64,000 bases of DNA. It comes from Gammaproteobacteria bacterium (GTDB lineage: Bacteria; Pseudomonadota; Gammaproteobacteria; JAKDMP01). The position numbers were made by a program, and so were the translations under genes. The DNA lies in contig JALUYA010000001.1 in NCBI GenBank assembly GCA_027018875.1, positions 13,457 to 77,456 on the forward strand, in the 5' to 3' direction. Shown here one piece after another: positions 53,595 to 62,871 of this stretch. The first letter of the stretch is position 1. Each line of letters starts with the position of its first letter. Below the pieces are notes generated by a model. It had not been told where the DNA came from, ran no database searches, and saw only the letters and a program-made list of their open reading frames with translations.

Positions 53595-53681
53595 GACCTT
53601 TTCTCCTGAGTTCAGTTCTAACATGGAAAGTTGCAACCATGAATTATAACGTAGACAATCTAATGCTTGGCAATAACGCGG

Positions 53682-55034
53682 TCACCAAAGAATCCATGTC
53701 ATCAGGTAAAGCGTGTTGTTATCCGATGCACTGCGCCCATTTCCGTCATAGTTGCTGCTGGCACCGTTAAATTTGGTGTAAATCGTGTATTGCGCAGTCA
53801 ATTGTACATTCTGTGCCGGCAGATAGGTCCACTGCAGGATCCAGCCGCTGCTGTCCGGGGTACCTGTCCGGCTGCCCGAAACCGGGCCGGGAGCATAGAG
53901 CAGTGGATCGTAGCTTCCGGTCGTATGGAAATACCCGATCGATGGCCCAAACCGTCGGGCCCAATAGTATTGGGCCGAGACCTGCCAGGTATTGAGAGAG
54001 TCGTTGGGATTTGAGGCGAGGCCATTCGCAAAGCTGGCATTCAAGTCCTGTTTTTCATGGATATACATGAAATGTGCCGTCAGCGTCGAATGATCCCCAA
54101 AGAGCAATTGATACTGACTGTCCAGGCCCAGGTCCAGGTAGTTATCCGTGGCTCCGGATATGCCCCCCGGGAAAATGTGGCTATCCATACCGAAGGTGCC
54201 GATTTCGAATGAATTGGTGTTGTCATCCCGGTTCCAATTGTGCTGCCACGCGACCCGCCAGTAGGGGGCCAAGCCCGAAATGACGTCTGCCGAATATGGC
54301 TGAGATTGGCCGATTTGAGCGGAGCGGTAAACACTGACATTGGCATAAATGCTGTTATTAAACCACGCATAGGCCCCGATGCCCGCCACCTGTTGCATCA
54401 ACTGGATAATCATGGGTGTAGCCGATGGGGCCGGTGCGCTCGGCGATGCCACGTAGGGGAAACCTTCCGAAGGCGTGCCATTCCAGACATCCGCGAAAGT
54501 GGGTTGATTGTTGACATCAATACCCCAAACCACCGGATGTCCGGCTACCGTGGCATGGCGGGCGTAACGCAGGTCCGTCATGTCCATGGAAAAATGATCG
54601 GCTTGCGGGTCATAGGTAACCTGCAGGAAAGAGCCGATGTGATTGGCAATGCGCCCGGCATAATACAGGGCGAGAGCCCCTGGAAAGGCTACCGTATTAT
54701 TCTGGGTTCCCGGTACGGCTTGCTGCAGGGAAGTGTTCGATAGCATGACTGCTGCCGAAAGGGGCGGGAATCGGCTCAGACTCTCCTGCGGGGTTTTCGG
54801 CGGTGACGAGGGGTTGAAGGATTTCACACTCAGCACATAGCCGTTGATCTTGAAGTAACGGCCAAAAGGCGTTAGCTGCGGCGCAACAGTGTGGCAGGTC
54901 TCGCAGGGCAGTGCTGTCTGGCGGGAATAACTCGGTACGGCGAGCGCGCTTTGGGCCGCCAGCCCCAGCCCAAGAAAGCCCAACCCGGCTCCCCATGCCG
55001 CTTTCCTGATGAGGTGAAGATTCATTTTGGACAC
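53682..55034 (-). CDS. Cyc2-like fused monohaem cytochrome c / outer-membrane beta-barrel porin (candidate outer-membrane electron-transfer protein)
   Basis: Signal peptide ending AQSALA. A single CETCH about 15 residues into the mature protein. The rest (~400 aa) has alternating hydrophobic/aromatic beta-strand patterns. Ends LYLMTWILW, i.e. a terminal aromatic beta-signal typical of outer-membrane proteins. This is the architecture described for Cyc2 of Acidithiobacillus and neutrophilic Fe oxidisers. Confidence 0.65.
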   Translation of the reverse strand: MSKMNLHLIRKAAWGAGLGFLGLGLAAQSALAVPSYSRQTALPCETCHTVAPQLTPFGRYFKINGYVLSVKSFNPSSPPKTPQESLSRFPPLSAAVMLSNTSLQQAVPGTQNNTVAFPGALALYYAGRIANHIGSFLQVTYDPQADHFSMDMTDLRYARHATVAGHPVVWGIDVNNQPTFADVWNGTPSEGFPYVASPSAPAPSATPMIIQLMQQVAGIGAYAWFNNSIYANVSVYRSAQIGQSQPYSADVISGLAPYWRVAWQHNWNRDDNTNSFEIGTFGMDSHIFPGGISGATDNYLDLGLDSQYQLLFGDHSTLTAHFMYIHEKQDLNASFANGLASNPNDSLNTWQVSAQYYWARRFGPSIGYFHTTGSYDPLLYAPGPVSGSRTGTPDSSGWILQWTYLPAQNVQLTAQYTIYTKFNGASSNYDGNGRSASDNNTLYLMTWILW

Positions 55035-55084
55035 TCCGTGGATAAATAACTGCTATATGATAATCTCAATAAGTCGAGTGCCAG

Positions 55085-55098
55085 TTGATCTAGATCAA
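55085..55098. promoter_or_regulatory. FNR box TTGAT-CTAG-ATCAA at class II promoter spacing for the Cyc2-like gene; divergent from ccmA
   Basis: Perfect match to the FNR consensus TTGATnnnnATCAA. On the minus strand the box is followed by N22 and then TATCAT, so the -10 sits about 29.5 bp from the box centre (class II, -41.5). GGAG RBS 8 nt before the ATG at 55034. Confidence 0.6.
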
Positions 55099-55197
55099 GA
55101 AACTGCCATTTTTATTTCGTATGCAATCTCCTTGCGGTTTCCTTCCCCGGATTTTATCTCCCGTTTATAATGGGCGCTCAAATTAATTCGAGTAAGT

Positions 55198-55896
55198 ATG
55201 AAGCCAGCCCTGCCACAGGCCGAAACCGACTTGGCAAGATCCATGGCGACGGCTCGCGAGACGGCACCATGCCTGGAGTTGCGCGAGATTGAAGTCTGGC
55301 GCGGAGATTACTGCGTGTGCATCGATTTGAGTCTGCGGCTGCCGCATGGGCGGGTGCTGCATTTGCGTGGTGACAATGGCGCCGGCAAGACGAGCCTGAT
55401 CCGGGTTCTGGCCGGCCTCGCCCCACTTGAGTCCGGAAGCCTGCGCCTCGCCGGGCACCCGGCACGCAGCCTGGAGGCGCGTGCCGAGTTGCGATACCTC
55501 GCGCATCGCGATGGGATCAAGCTGGAGTTGACGCCGCGGGAGAATTTGCGCCTGGCCGCCCGCCTACTGGAACGGGTCGGAGAGGCGGCGATCGACAGAT
55601 CGCTGGAACGGGTTGGAATCGCCCACCTGGCCGAGCGCCAATGTGCCGATCTCTCGGCGGGGCAACGTCGACGCACCGCACTGGCGCGGTTGTTGCTGGG
55701 CCGGCCGCGCCTGTGGTTACTGGACGAGCCGCTGGTCAATCTCGATCGCCGGGGTGTGAGCCTGGTCGGTGATCTGGTGGCGGAGCAAATTGCCTCGGGC
55801 GGCAGCGTTGTGCTCGCCACCCACCAGCCGTTAGTACTGGATTCACAATGCGTGCTCCCCGTAGAATTGCCGGCGAATTCATTCCATGTTCATTGA
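55198..55896 (+). CDS. ccmA: cytochrome c biogenesis haem exporter ATP-binding protein CcmA
   Basis: ABC Walker A GDNGAGKTSLIR, signature LSAGQRRR, Walker B LWLLDEP; first gene of ccmABCDEFGHI. Confidence 0.85.
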   Translation: MKPALPQAETDLARSMATARETAPCLELREIEVWRGDYCVCIDLSLRLPHGRVLHLRGDNGAGKTSLIRVLAGLAPLESGSLRLAGHPARSLEARAELRYLAHRDGIKLELTPRENLRLAARLLERVGEAAIDRSLERVGIAHLAERQCADLSAGQRRRTALARLLLGRPRLWLLDEPLVNLDRRGVSLVGDLVAEQIASGGSVVLATHQPLVLDSQCVLPVELPANSFHVH

Positions 55897-56548
55897 GTTA
55901 TTGCGCCGGGAACTTCTTATCGCCTGGCGGCGACCCGGGGAATCGGGAGTGCCGGTCATATTTTTCCTGGTGACCGTCATGCTGTTTCCCTTGGGTCTGA
56001 GCCGTTCTCCCGAGCTGTTACGGCCGATGGCCCCGGGAATTATCTGGGTCGTCGCATTTTTGGCCGGTATGCTCGGTATGCAGGGGTTGTTTCGGGCCGA
56101 TTATGAAGATGGCACACTGGAACAATTACTGCTGACGCCCCGCCCGCTGACGCTGGTGGTGTTGGCCAAGGCCAGCGGTCACTGGCTGGTCACCGGTCTG
56201 CCGGTGGTGGTAGGTGCCGGGTTGGTGGCGGGAATGCTCTATGTGCCTTCTTCCGGCATCGTCGTGATGATGCTCGGCCTGCTGCTCGGCACCCCGATTC
56301 TTACTCTGTTGGCCACCCTGGTGGCGGCGTTGACACTGACGCTGCGCCAGGCCGCGGTGCTGGCTCCAGTGTTGATTTTGCCGCTTGCGGTGCCGGTGTT
56401 GATTTTCGGTGCCCACAGCGCCTCCTCGTCTACTCCCGGCGAGATTAATACCCAGGCATTCAGCGCCTTGGGCGCGATGCTGATTCTTGCCGTTAGTTTG
56501 CTGCCTCCCGCGGCTGCACTGGCACTCAGGATCAGTCATGAAAACTAA
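55886..56548 (+). CDS. ccmB: haem exporter permease CcmB
   Basis: Six-transmembrane CcmB family protein overlapping ccmA. Confidence 0.85.
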   Translation: MFIELLRRELLIAWRRPGESGVPVIFFLVTVMLFPLGLSRSPELLRPMAPGIIWVVAFLAGMLGMQGLFRADYEDGTLEQLLLTPRPLTLVVLAKASGHWLVTGLPVVVGAGLVAGMLYVPSSGIVVMMLGLLLGTPILTLLATLVAALTLTLRQAAVLAPVLILPLAVPVLIFGAHSASSSTPGEINTQAFSALGAMLILAVSLLPPAAALALRISHEN

Positions 56549-56599
56549 ATATATATATTTCAAGGGAACTCCATCACCACGGGAGGGTTCATAAACAAC

Positions 56600-57355
56600 A
56601 TGTTTACCTGGCTACATAAATTAGGCTCGCCTCCGCTGCTGTATCGGGTTGCCGGGCGAAGTACACCGTGGTTCAAGTGGACTGCGTTTCTGCTGCTCGC
56701 GCTCGGGTTGGTCGGCGGTTTGATCCTCGCGCCTCCCGACTATCAGCAAGGGGATGGTTTTCGCATCATCTATGTCCATGTACCGAGTGCGATCCTGTCA
56801 CTCGCAGTATTTGTGTTGATGGCGGTGGCCGGTGCGATCGGGCTGATCTGGCGGTTGCGTATGGCTCATGCCGTCGCCGTCGCCGCCGCCCCGCTCGGGG
56901 CCGCCTTTACGTTCATCACCCTGATTACCGGCTCGCTTTGGGGTAAACCGATGTGGGGTACCTATTGGGCCTGGGGGCCGCGCCTTACCTCGGAGCTGGT
57001 ATTGTTGTTCCTGTATTTCGGCTATATTGCCGTTATCAATGCCTTTCCCAACCAGCGCAGCGGTGACCGGGCGGGGGCGATTTTTGCCATTATAGCGGCG
57101 GTGGATATTCCAATCATCCATTATTCCGTATACTGGTGGACAAGCCTGCACCAGGGTGCAAGCCTCTCATTCACGAATTCATCGATCTCCCCGGCCATGC
57201 TGTGGCCGCTACTGGTCATGATCGTGGCGTTTACGTTGTATTTTTGCTGGTTGCTCAGTATCCGTTTACGCACGGAAATTCTGCGGCGCGAGCGGCGGGC
57301 AAGCTGGGTTCGAACCCTGACAATTACCGGAGCAAAAAATGCGAAGCTGGCATGA
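56600..57355 (+). CDS. ccmC: haem exporter protein CcmC
   Basis: CcmC-type WWD domain protein (HVPSA, WGKPMWGTYWAWGPRLTSEL); 251 aa. Confidence 0.9.
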   Translation: MFTWLHKLGSPPLLYRVAGRSTPWFKWTAFLLLALGLVGGLILAPPDYQQGDGFRIIYVHVPSAILSLAVFVLMAVAGAIGLIWRLRMAHAVAVAAAPLGAAFTFITLITGSLWGKPMWGTYWAWGPRLTSELVLLFLYFGYIAVINAFPNQRSGDRAGAIFAIIAAVDIPIIHYSVYWWTSLHQGASLSFTNSSISPAMLWPLLVMIVAFTLYFCWLLSIRLRTEILRRERRASWVRTLTITGAKNAKLA

Positions 57356-57509
57356 GTTCATTACCATGGGCGGGTATGCTCGGTATGTATGGTCCGCCTA
57401 TGGGGTGGTATTGATTGTTCTCGTGGCGAGTGCCTGGAGTTCGTGTAATGGCTTGCGGCGCATCCTGTTCCGGGTCCGGAATTATCCTGTAGGAGGAGGT
57501 GAACAATGA
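57339..57509 (+). CDS. ccmD: haem exporter protein CcmD (56 aa; below the 60-aa cutoff of the ORF track)
   Basis: Translated by eye: MRSWHEFITMGGYARYVWSAYGVVLIVLVASAWSSCNGLRRILFRVRNYPVGGGEQ. It has the CcmD pattern (W.EF..MGGYA.YVW.AY, single transmembrane segment) and overlaps both ccmC and ccmE. Confidence 0.7.
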   Translation: MRSWHEFITMGGYARYVWSAYGVVLIVLVASAWSSCNGLRRILFRVRNYPVGGGEQ

Positions 57510-57976
57510 CTCCCAGGCGGCAACGCCTGCTGTTGGTGGTCGGTATCCTTGCCGGTACTGCGATCGGTGCGGCCTTCGCGCTCAGGGCCTTCAGCGGTGA
57601 TATTCTTTACTATTACACTCCATCCAAGGTTTTCGCCAAACATATCCCGGACGGACGGGTATTTCGCCTCGGGGGATTGGTCGAGAAAGGTTCCGTCAAG
57701 CGGGAGTCGGGGACGCTTACGGTTCGGTTCGTGATTACCGACAATCACCGCACTATCCCGGTCGTGTTTACCGGCGTGCTGCCGGCATTGTTCCGGCCGG
57801 GCCAGGGGGTGATCGCCAGTGGGCATCTCGACTCCGGCGGGATGTTTGTCGCCAATAAGGTATTGGCCAAGCATGACGCCAAGTATATGCCACTCAAGAT
57901 ATATAACAAAAAACACGGTACGGACTATACCCGCCCCGGGGGAATGAATCGAGGAGGAGTCCGCGGTGGCGCCTGA
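57506..57976 (+). CDS. ccmE: cytochrome c-type biogenesis haem chaperone CcmE
   Basis: Membrane anchor followed by an OB fold with FRLGGLV...DNHRTIPVVFTGVLPALFRPGQGV. Haem-binding His lies in the C-terminal region. Confidence 0.9.
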   Translation: MTPRRQRLLLVVGILAGTAIGAAFALRAFSGDILYYYTPSKVFAKHIPDGRVFRLGGLVEKGSVKRESGTLTVRFVITDNHRTIPVVFTGVLPALFRPGQGVIASGHLDSGGMFVANKVLAKHDAKYMPLKIYNKKHGTDYTRPGGMNRGGVRGGA

Positions 57977-59930
57977 ACTCGGTCAATTTTCCCTTCTTCT
58001 CGCCCTGGTGCTGGCGGGCGTAATGGCTTTCAGCGGTATCGTGGGTCCATGGCGCAGAAATCCACACCTGATCGCGTTGGTTCGCCCCAGCGCCTATGCC
58101 CTGTTTCTGGTGACGGCGATTGCCTTCGCCTGCCTGACCTGGTCATTTGTGACCACCGACCTGACCGTGCGCTACGTGGTGGAAAATTCGAATGCCGCGA
58201 TCCCGTTGATTTACAAGTTTACTGGGGTATGGGGTGCACACTCTGGTTCGATGCTGTTGTGGATACTGATGATTAGTGTCTGGGGGGCTGCCGTAGCTTT
58301 TTTCAGCCGGCGGTTGCCCGCCGACTTTTCGGCTCGAGTCCTTGGCGTGATGGGAATGATCGGCCTGGGCTTTCTGGTCTATAGCGCCTGGCTGGCAAAT
58401 CCTTTCACGCGGGTGCTGCCGCCGCCCCAGAGTGGCGCCGATCTCAATCCGATTCTCCAGAGTCCCTTCCTGGCGGCCCATCCGCCGATGCTGTACATGG
58501 GCTATGTCGGACTATCGGTTGCCTTTGCCTTTTCCGCGGCCGCCTTGATTGGTGGGCGCATGGACACCGCCTGGGCGCGGTGGACCCGGCCCTGGGTGCT
58601 GGTGGCCTGGATGTTTCTCACCGTTGGCATCACGGTAGGCAGTTTTTGGGCTTATTTCGAACTCGGCTGGGGGGGATGGTGGTTTTGGGATCCGGTCGAA
58701 AATGCATCGTTTATGCCCTGGCTGGTCGCCACCGCGCTGATTCATTCCCTGATCGTTACCGAAAAACGTGGGGCCTTTAAAGGCTGGACGGCATTACTTG
58801 CGTTGCTGGGTTTCTCTTTGTCTCTGCTGGGAACCTTTCTGGTCAGATCGGGGGTGCTGGTTTCGGCACATGCCTTTGCGGTTGACCCCCGCCGGGGAAT
58901 CTATGTACTGGCGATTCTCGCCATCGCCGTAGGCGCGGGTCTTGCCTTGTATGCCTGGCGGGCTCCACGGCTTGCCGGTGGGGGTGGTTTCTCGCTATTT
59001 TCTCGCGAGACGGCAATCCTAACTATGAATTCGATTTTGGTAGTGGCTTGCGCGGCCGTACTGCTCGGAACTATCTTCCCGCTGTTCTATGATGTTCTCG
59101 GGCTCGGGCGGATCTCCGTCGGCCCACCCTATTTCAACCGGGTTTTTATCCCGCTGATGGTGCCATTATTCCTTCTGGTTGGTATCGGACCGGCGATTCG
59201 CTGGAGACGTGGCGATGGGCGTGAAGCCTGGCGGCGGATCCGGATACCGCTTGGCCTGTCTCTGATCCTGGGCATTGTGCTTGCCGTAGTTGCCTGGAGG
59301 GGCGTGCCGCCGGTGGCCCTGGCCGGGGTTACGCTGAGTGCCTGGGTTATTTTCAGTGCCGTTAACGAACCCTTACGCCGGGCCTTGCGTGCCCCCGCCG
59401 GGCAGTGGGGGAGATTTTCCCGAGGTGCCTGGGGAATGGGGCTGGCGCATTTCGGTGCCGGTATTTTGATTCTAGGCGTTACCTTGTCTTCAACCATGTC
59501 GAGTTTTCTGGATGTCAGCCTCAAACCCGGACAAACCGCAAGCGTTGGCGGATATCGCTTTTCAATGCTGGGAGAACGTGCCGTTCGGGGACCGAATTAC
59601 ATGGGGGAACAAGGCATCATTCGCATTAGTCACGAGGAACGGGTAGTCGCCACGCTTCGCCCGGAATCTCGGGTTTACAAGGGTGGCCTGCCGAGCAGCG
59701 AGTCGGCAATCAGTTGGAAGCCGACCCGCGACCTGTACGTCGCCATGGGTCGGGCCACCGGGGGCGGAGCCTGGAGCTTACGGCTGCAGGTTCGGCCGTT
59801 TGTACGCTTCATCTGGTACGGCGGCGGTCTCATTGCTTTGGGGGGGCTGTTGGCGTTGACCGATCCGCGCTACCGGCGGCGGCGGGAAGTTCGCCTGGGG
59901 CAGGGTGTCGTCGTGGGGACAACGGGATGA
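57966..59930 (+). CDS. ccmF: cytochrome c-type biogenesis haem lyase subunit CcmF
   Basis: 654-aa polytopic protein with a WWD domain (WGGWWFWDPVENASFMPW); GTG start (MAPELGQF). Confidence 0.9.
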   Translation: MAPELGQFSLLLALVLAGVMAFSGIVGPWRRNPHLIALVRPSAYALFLVTAIAFACLTWSFVTTDLTVRYVVENSNAAIPLIYKFTGVWGAHSGSMLLWILMISVWGAAVAFFSRRLPADFSARVLGVMGMIGLGFLVYSAWLANPFTRVLPPPQSGADLNPILQSPFLAAHPPMLYMGYVGLSVAFAFSAAALIGGRMDTAWARWTRPWVLVAWMFLTVGITVGSFWAYFELGWGGWWFWDPVENASFMPWLVATALIHSLIVTEKRGAFKGWTALLALLGFSLSLLGTFLVRSGVLVSAHAFAVDPRRGIYVLAILAIAVGAGLALYAWRAPRLAGGGGFSLFSRETAILTMNSILVVACAAVLLGTIFPLFYDVLGLGRISVGPPYFNRVFIPLMVPLFLLVGIGPAIRWRRGDGREAWRRIRIPLGLSLILGIVLAVVAWRGVPPVALAGVTLSAWVIFSAVNEPLRRALRAPAGQWGRFSRGAWGMGLAHFGAGILILGVTLSSTMSSFLDVSLKPGQTASVGGYRFSMLGERAVRGPNYMGEQGIIRISHEERVVATLRPESRVYKGGLPSSESAISWKPTRDLYVAMGRATGGGAWSLRLQVRPFVRFIWYGGGLIALGGLLALTDPRYRRRREVRLGQGVVVGTTG

Positions 59931-60472
59931 AGCGCTTTCGGTGGTGGTTGTGGGGCTTGATTCCGCTTGCCTTATTCGCGGTTCTGATCTGGGCGCTTTT
60001 TGGTGGATTGGGACGTAATCCCCGGTTTATTCCTTCTCCCCTGGTAGGAAAACCCGCTCCGGCGTTTTCCCTGCCGAGCCTGTACCACCCGGATCAAAGG
60101 ATAAGTAATGCCGATATCCGCGGTCGGGTTGTCTTGGTCAATGTCTTTGCCAGTTGGTGCGTGGCATGTACGGAAGAAGCCCCCGTGCTCGATTATTTGC
60201 ACCGGAACGGGGTTGCCATTTACGGGCTGGATTACTCCGATACCCGTTCCGCCGCCAAGGCCTGGTTGAAACGCTACGGCAACCCGTATCGTGCGATTGC
60301 TTTTGATCCCCGGGGGGAGCAGGCACTGAATTGGGGTATCTGGGGAGTTCCGGAGACGTTTGTTATTGATCGTAACGGGATCATTGTACGCAAATTTACC
60401 GGTATTATTACCTTGGAGATGGCAAAAACTCGGGTATTACCTCTGGTGCACAAGCTGGAGAAAGAAAAATGA
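59927..60472 (+). CDS. ccmG: thiol:disulfide interchange protein CcmG/DsbE
   Basis: Thioredoxin fold with WCVAC active site (VNVFASWCVAC) and GVPETFVID. ATGA overlap with ccmF; the listed ORF start at 59714 is rejected. Confidence 0.9.
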   Translation: MKRFRWWLWGLIPLALFAVLIWALFGGLGRNPRFIPSPLVGKPAPAFSLPSLYHPDQRISNADIRGRVVLVNVFASWCVACTEEAPVLDYLHRNGVAIYGLDYSDTRSAAKAWLKRYGNPYRAIAFDPRGEQALNWGIWGVPETFVIDRNGIIVRKFTGIITLEMAKTRVLPLVHKLEKEK

Positions 60473-60912
60473 AATCACGGGGATCGGTTGCCTTGTTGCT
60501 GATTCTCGCTGCACTCGGTGCGCCGGCATTTGCCGCCGCTCCCTCTTGGTCGGGCCCCAGTGTTCTGCCCCCGAAACTGGAAGCCCGCTATCAGCGCCTG
60601 ACCCAGGAATTACGTTGCCCGGTGTGCCAAAACGAGTCGGTCGCGGTTTCCAATAGTCGGGTGTCGGCTGACATACGTGCCGTCATCCGCCGGAAGCTTC
60701 TGGCTGGAGAAAGCAACCAGCAGATCAAGCAATTCATGATTGCGCGCTATGGCCTGTTTGCAGTCTTTAAGCCGCCACTTCAGCGGAGTACCCTGTTACT
60801 CTGGTTCGGACCCTTGATCCTGTTGTTGATTGCCGTCCTGATCCTGGGTGTCACCGTCCACCGTCGTCGCCGGGCCTTGCCTGCCCGCGGCGGCCGGACC
60901 CATACACACTGA
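60469..60912 (+). CDS. ccmH: cytochrome c-type biogenesis protein CcmH
   Basis: Signal peptide, LRCPVCQNESV motif, C-terminal transmembrane segment. Confidence 0.85.
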   Translation: MKSRGSVALLLILAALGAPAFAAAPSWSGPSVLPPKLEARYQRLTQELRCPVCQNESVAVSNSRVSADIRAVIRRKLLAGESNQQIKQFMIARYGLFAVFKPPLQRSTLLLWFGPLILLLIAVLILGVTVHRRRRALPARGGRTHTH

Positions 60913-62087
60913 TGGCGTTTCTACTTGCCACCGGACTGCTGCTGGCGTTGGTACTCGCTCTGCTGGGTTGGGCCTTGTGGCGTGTCCCCCAAAGGCGGGA
61001 TCCCGAGCCCCTGCGGGCGCGATTAACCGAGGAGCTGAATCTCGATGTTGCCGCCGGTCTGCTTGCCCGCGAGGAGCTCGATGCCGCGGCACACGACATC
61101 GAGGCCGACGCCGGGGAGAATGATTTTCGCCGTTCAGCTTCTCCACGGCGACGTATCTGGCCTTTGATTTTGCTACTGATGATTCCCTTGGTCTCCGGGG
61201 TGCTTTATTGGCGATTAGGAGATTGGAGGGCGGCGATTCAGGGAAATCGAACTGCCGTGATACATGAAGCCCAAAACCGGATGATCGCGCTGAAAGCGTA
61301 TCTGCGCGAGCATCCGGACAATCGCCAGGCATGGATCACGCTGGGAGAGGCCGAAAGCGCTTTTACCCACTATGCCCGGGCCGCGGATGCCTACGAGCAT
61401 GCGGTAAAACTGGAGAAACAGGTTAACCCGGATCTGCTGGCGGCCTGGGGCGGCGCCCTGATGCTAGCCAATCCAGGGCATCCCACAGATCGGGAACGGG
61501 CGATCTTCGCCGAGGTACTCAAGGCGGATCCCAATAATGTACGGGGGCTCTTTTATAGTGGCGCCTTGGCTTTTTCCGGTGGTGAACGCCGCCGGGGAAT
61601 CGCACTTTGGAAACGTCTTCTGGCCCAACCGCTGCCCCCTGCCATGCAACAATTGATTCAAACTCGACTTGCTGCGTTGGGTGTAACGGTAGAGGGAGGG
61701 AATCCCAAGGCGGCCGCCAACACTCCACGAATCGCGATTACCATCAATCTTTCTTCCCGGTTGCGGGAACGTATTAAAGTGGGAGAACGGTTATACGTTT
61801 ACGCTCGTTTTCCCAATGGCGGTCCACCGCTTATGGTCAAACGCCTGCGGGCTGGTACATTTCCCGTCAAGGTGATACTTGGTGTCGGCAATGTTCTGAT
61901 GGGCAGGAGGCTTGCTTCGGCGATGGGGCGGGAGATCGAGGTTGTCGCACGCATCTCCCAAACGGGAGAAGCCCTGCCTCAACCGGGTGATTGGTATGGG
62001 AAAAAGCGTCTGCGTCTCGGCGCAGGTGATAACCAGGTAGGGATCGAAATCAACCATCAGGTCGGCACCGAAAATTCGCGTGGCTAA
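60912..62087 (+). CDS. ccmI: cytochrome c-type biogenesis protein CcmI (CycH), TPR-containing
   Basis: Two N-terminal transmembrane segments, TPR-like repeats, final gene of the cluster. Weaker sequence signatures than the other ccm genes. Confidence 0.65.
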   Translation: MAFLLATGLLLALVLALLGWALWRVPQRRDPEPLRARLTEELNLDVAAGLLAREELDAAAHDIEADAGENDFRRSASPRRRIWPLILLLMIPLVSGVLYWRLGDWRAAIQGNRTAVIHEAQNRMIALKAYLREHPDNRQAWITLGEAESAFTHYARAADAYEHAVKLEKQVNPDLLAAWGGALMLANPGHPTDRERAIFAEVLKADPNNVRGLFYSGALAFSGGERRRGIALWKRLLAQPLPPAMQQLIQTRLAALGVTVEGGNPKAAANTPRIAITINLSSRLRERIKVGERLYVYARFPNGGPPLMVKRLRAGTFPVKVILGVGNVLMGRRLASAMGREIEVVARISQTGEALPQPGDWYGKKRLRLGAGDNQVGIEINHQVGTENSRG

Positions 62088-62109
62088 AAACCGGATGGGA
62101 ACGGATCGG

Positions 62110-62871
62110 TTATCCCGGTCTACCGTTGCCGCTGTAGCGATACCAACCCGAGGGGCCGGGTATTCCTAACAGGGCATTCAAGCTGCCGGTAAGACGCGTT
62201 TGCCCGGGACCGGGGCTGGGCTTCAGGTAGATCCGGAAGGTGTAGCGGCCGTTCTGAAACAAGAAGATCTCTCCCCGCAGGGCTAGATTACCCCCGGAAT
62301 TACCTATTTTTCCGGTAACTCCATGTTTTGAAGGTGTGAGGAGCAGGGTAATCGTACCCAAGTTGATACCCGCCCGGGGAAGGCGGGCACGTGATACTTC
62401 AAGGCGGCCTCTGGCGGAGGTTAAAAGGTGGTTACGATTTAATTGTGCCTCTTGCAACCGTAAACGTACCGTGCCAGTCATGCTTGGCGACATCTCCATG
62501 ACGCGGGCGAGCAGGGGCAGTGAGGCTCGACCGGTTACGTTTTTCAGTTCGATTTCGCTGCTGCCGACATTGAGTTGCCCTTGTACGGCAAGATGTTTCC
62601 CGCGCAGATCCAGGCGAGCATGAATTCGGCCTGTAACTAATCTCCAGGGGCTGAGATGCCAGTTAAGTCTGCCTAGCGGAATTTCCCGAAGGGCCAAGAT
62701 CCCGGAGCCATCCCAAACGCTCCCGCGAATATCCACCATATCCACCTTGGCATGCGGTTGCAGCCGTGCTTCGACTTTTGCCAGGGCCCAGGAAGCCGGG
62801 ATACCACTAACCAGGAATACGCCATAACTGATTATAAATACGGCAATCGACAGGGTGCCGCGCCAAATCAC
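62110..62871 (-). CDS. gspN: type II secretion system protein N (GspN)
   Basis: N-terminal transmembrane segment IAVFIISYGVFLVSGIPASWALAKVE; about 250 aa; directly downstream of gspM. Likely GTG start overlapping the gspM stop (GTGA); the listed ORF start at 62982 lies inside gspM. Confidence 0.6.
   Translation of the reverse strand: MIWRGTLSIAVFIISYGVFLVSGIPASWALAKVEARLQPHAKVDMVDIRGSVWDGSGILALREIPLGRLNWHLSPWRLVTGRIHARLDLRGKHLAVQGQLNVGSSEIELKNVTGRASLPLLARVMEMSPSMTGTVRLRLQEAQLNRNHLLTSARGRLEVSRARLPRAGINLGTITLLLTPSKHGVTGKIGNSGGNLALRGEIFLFQNGRYTFRIYLKPSPGPGQTRLTGSLNALLGIPGPSGWYRYSGNGRPG

Noticed and set aside
56126-56563. 145-aa His/Gln/Arg-rich ORF on the minus strand
   Set aside because: Antisense to ccmB; extreme low complexity (QHRHRKRQNQH...), typical antisense artefact of a GC-rich membrane-protein gene.
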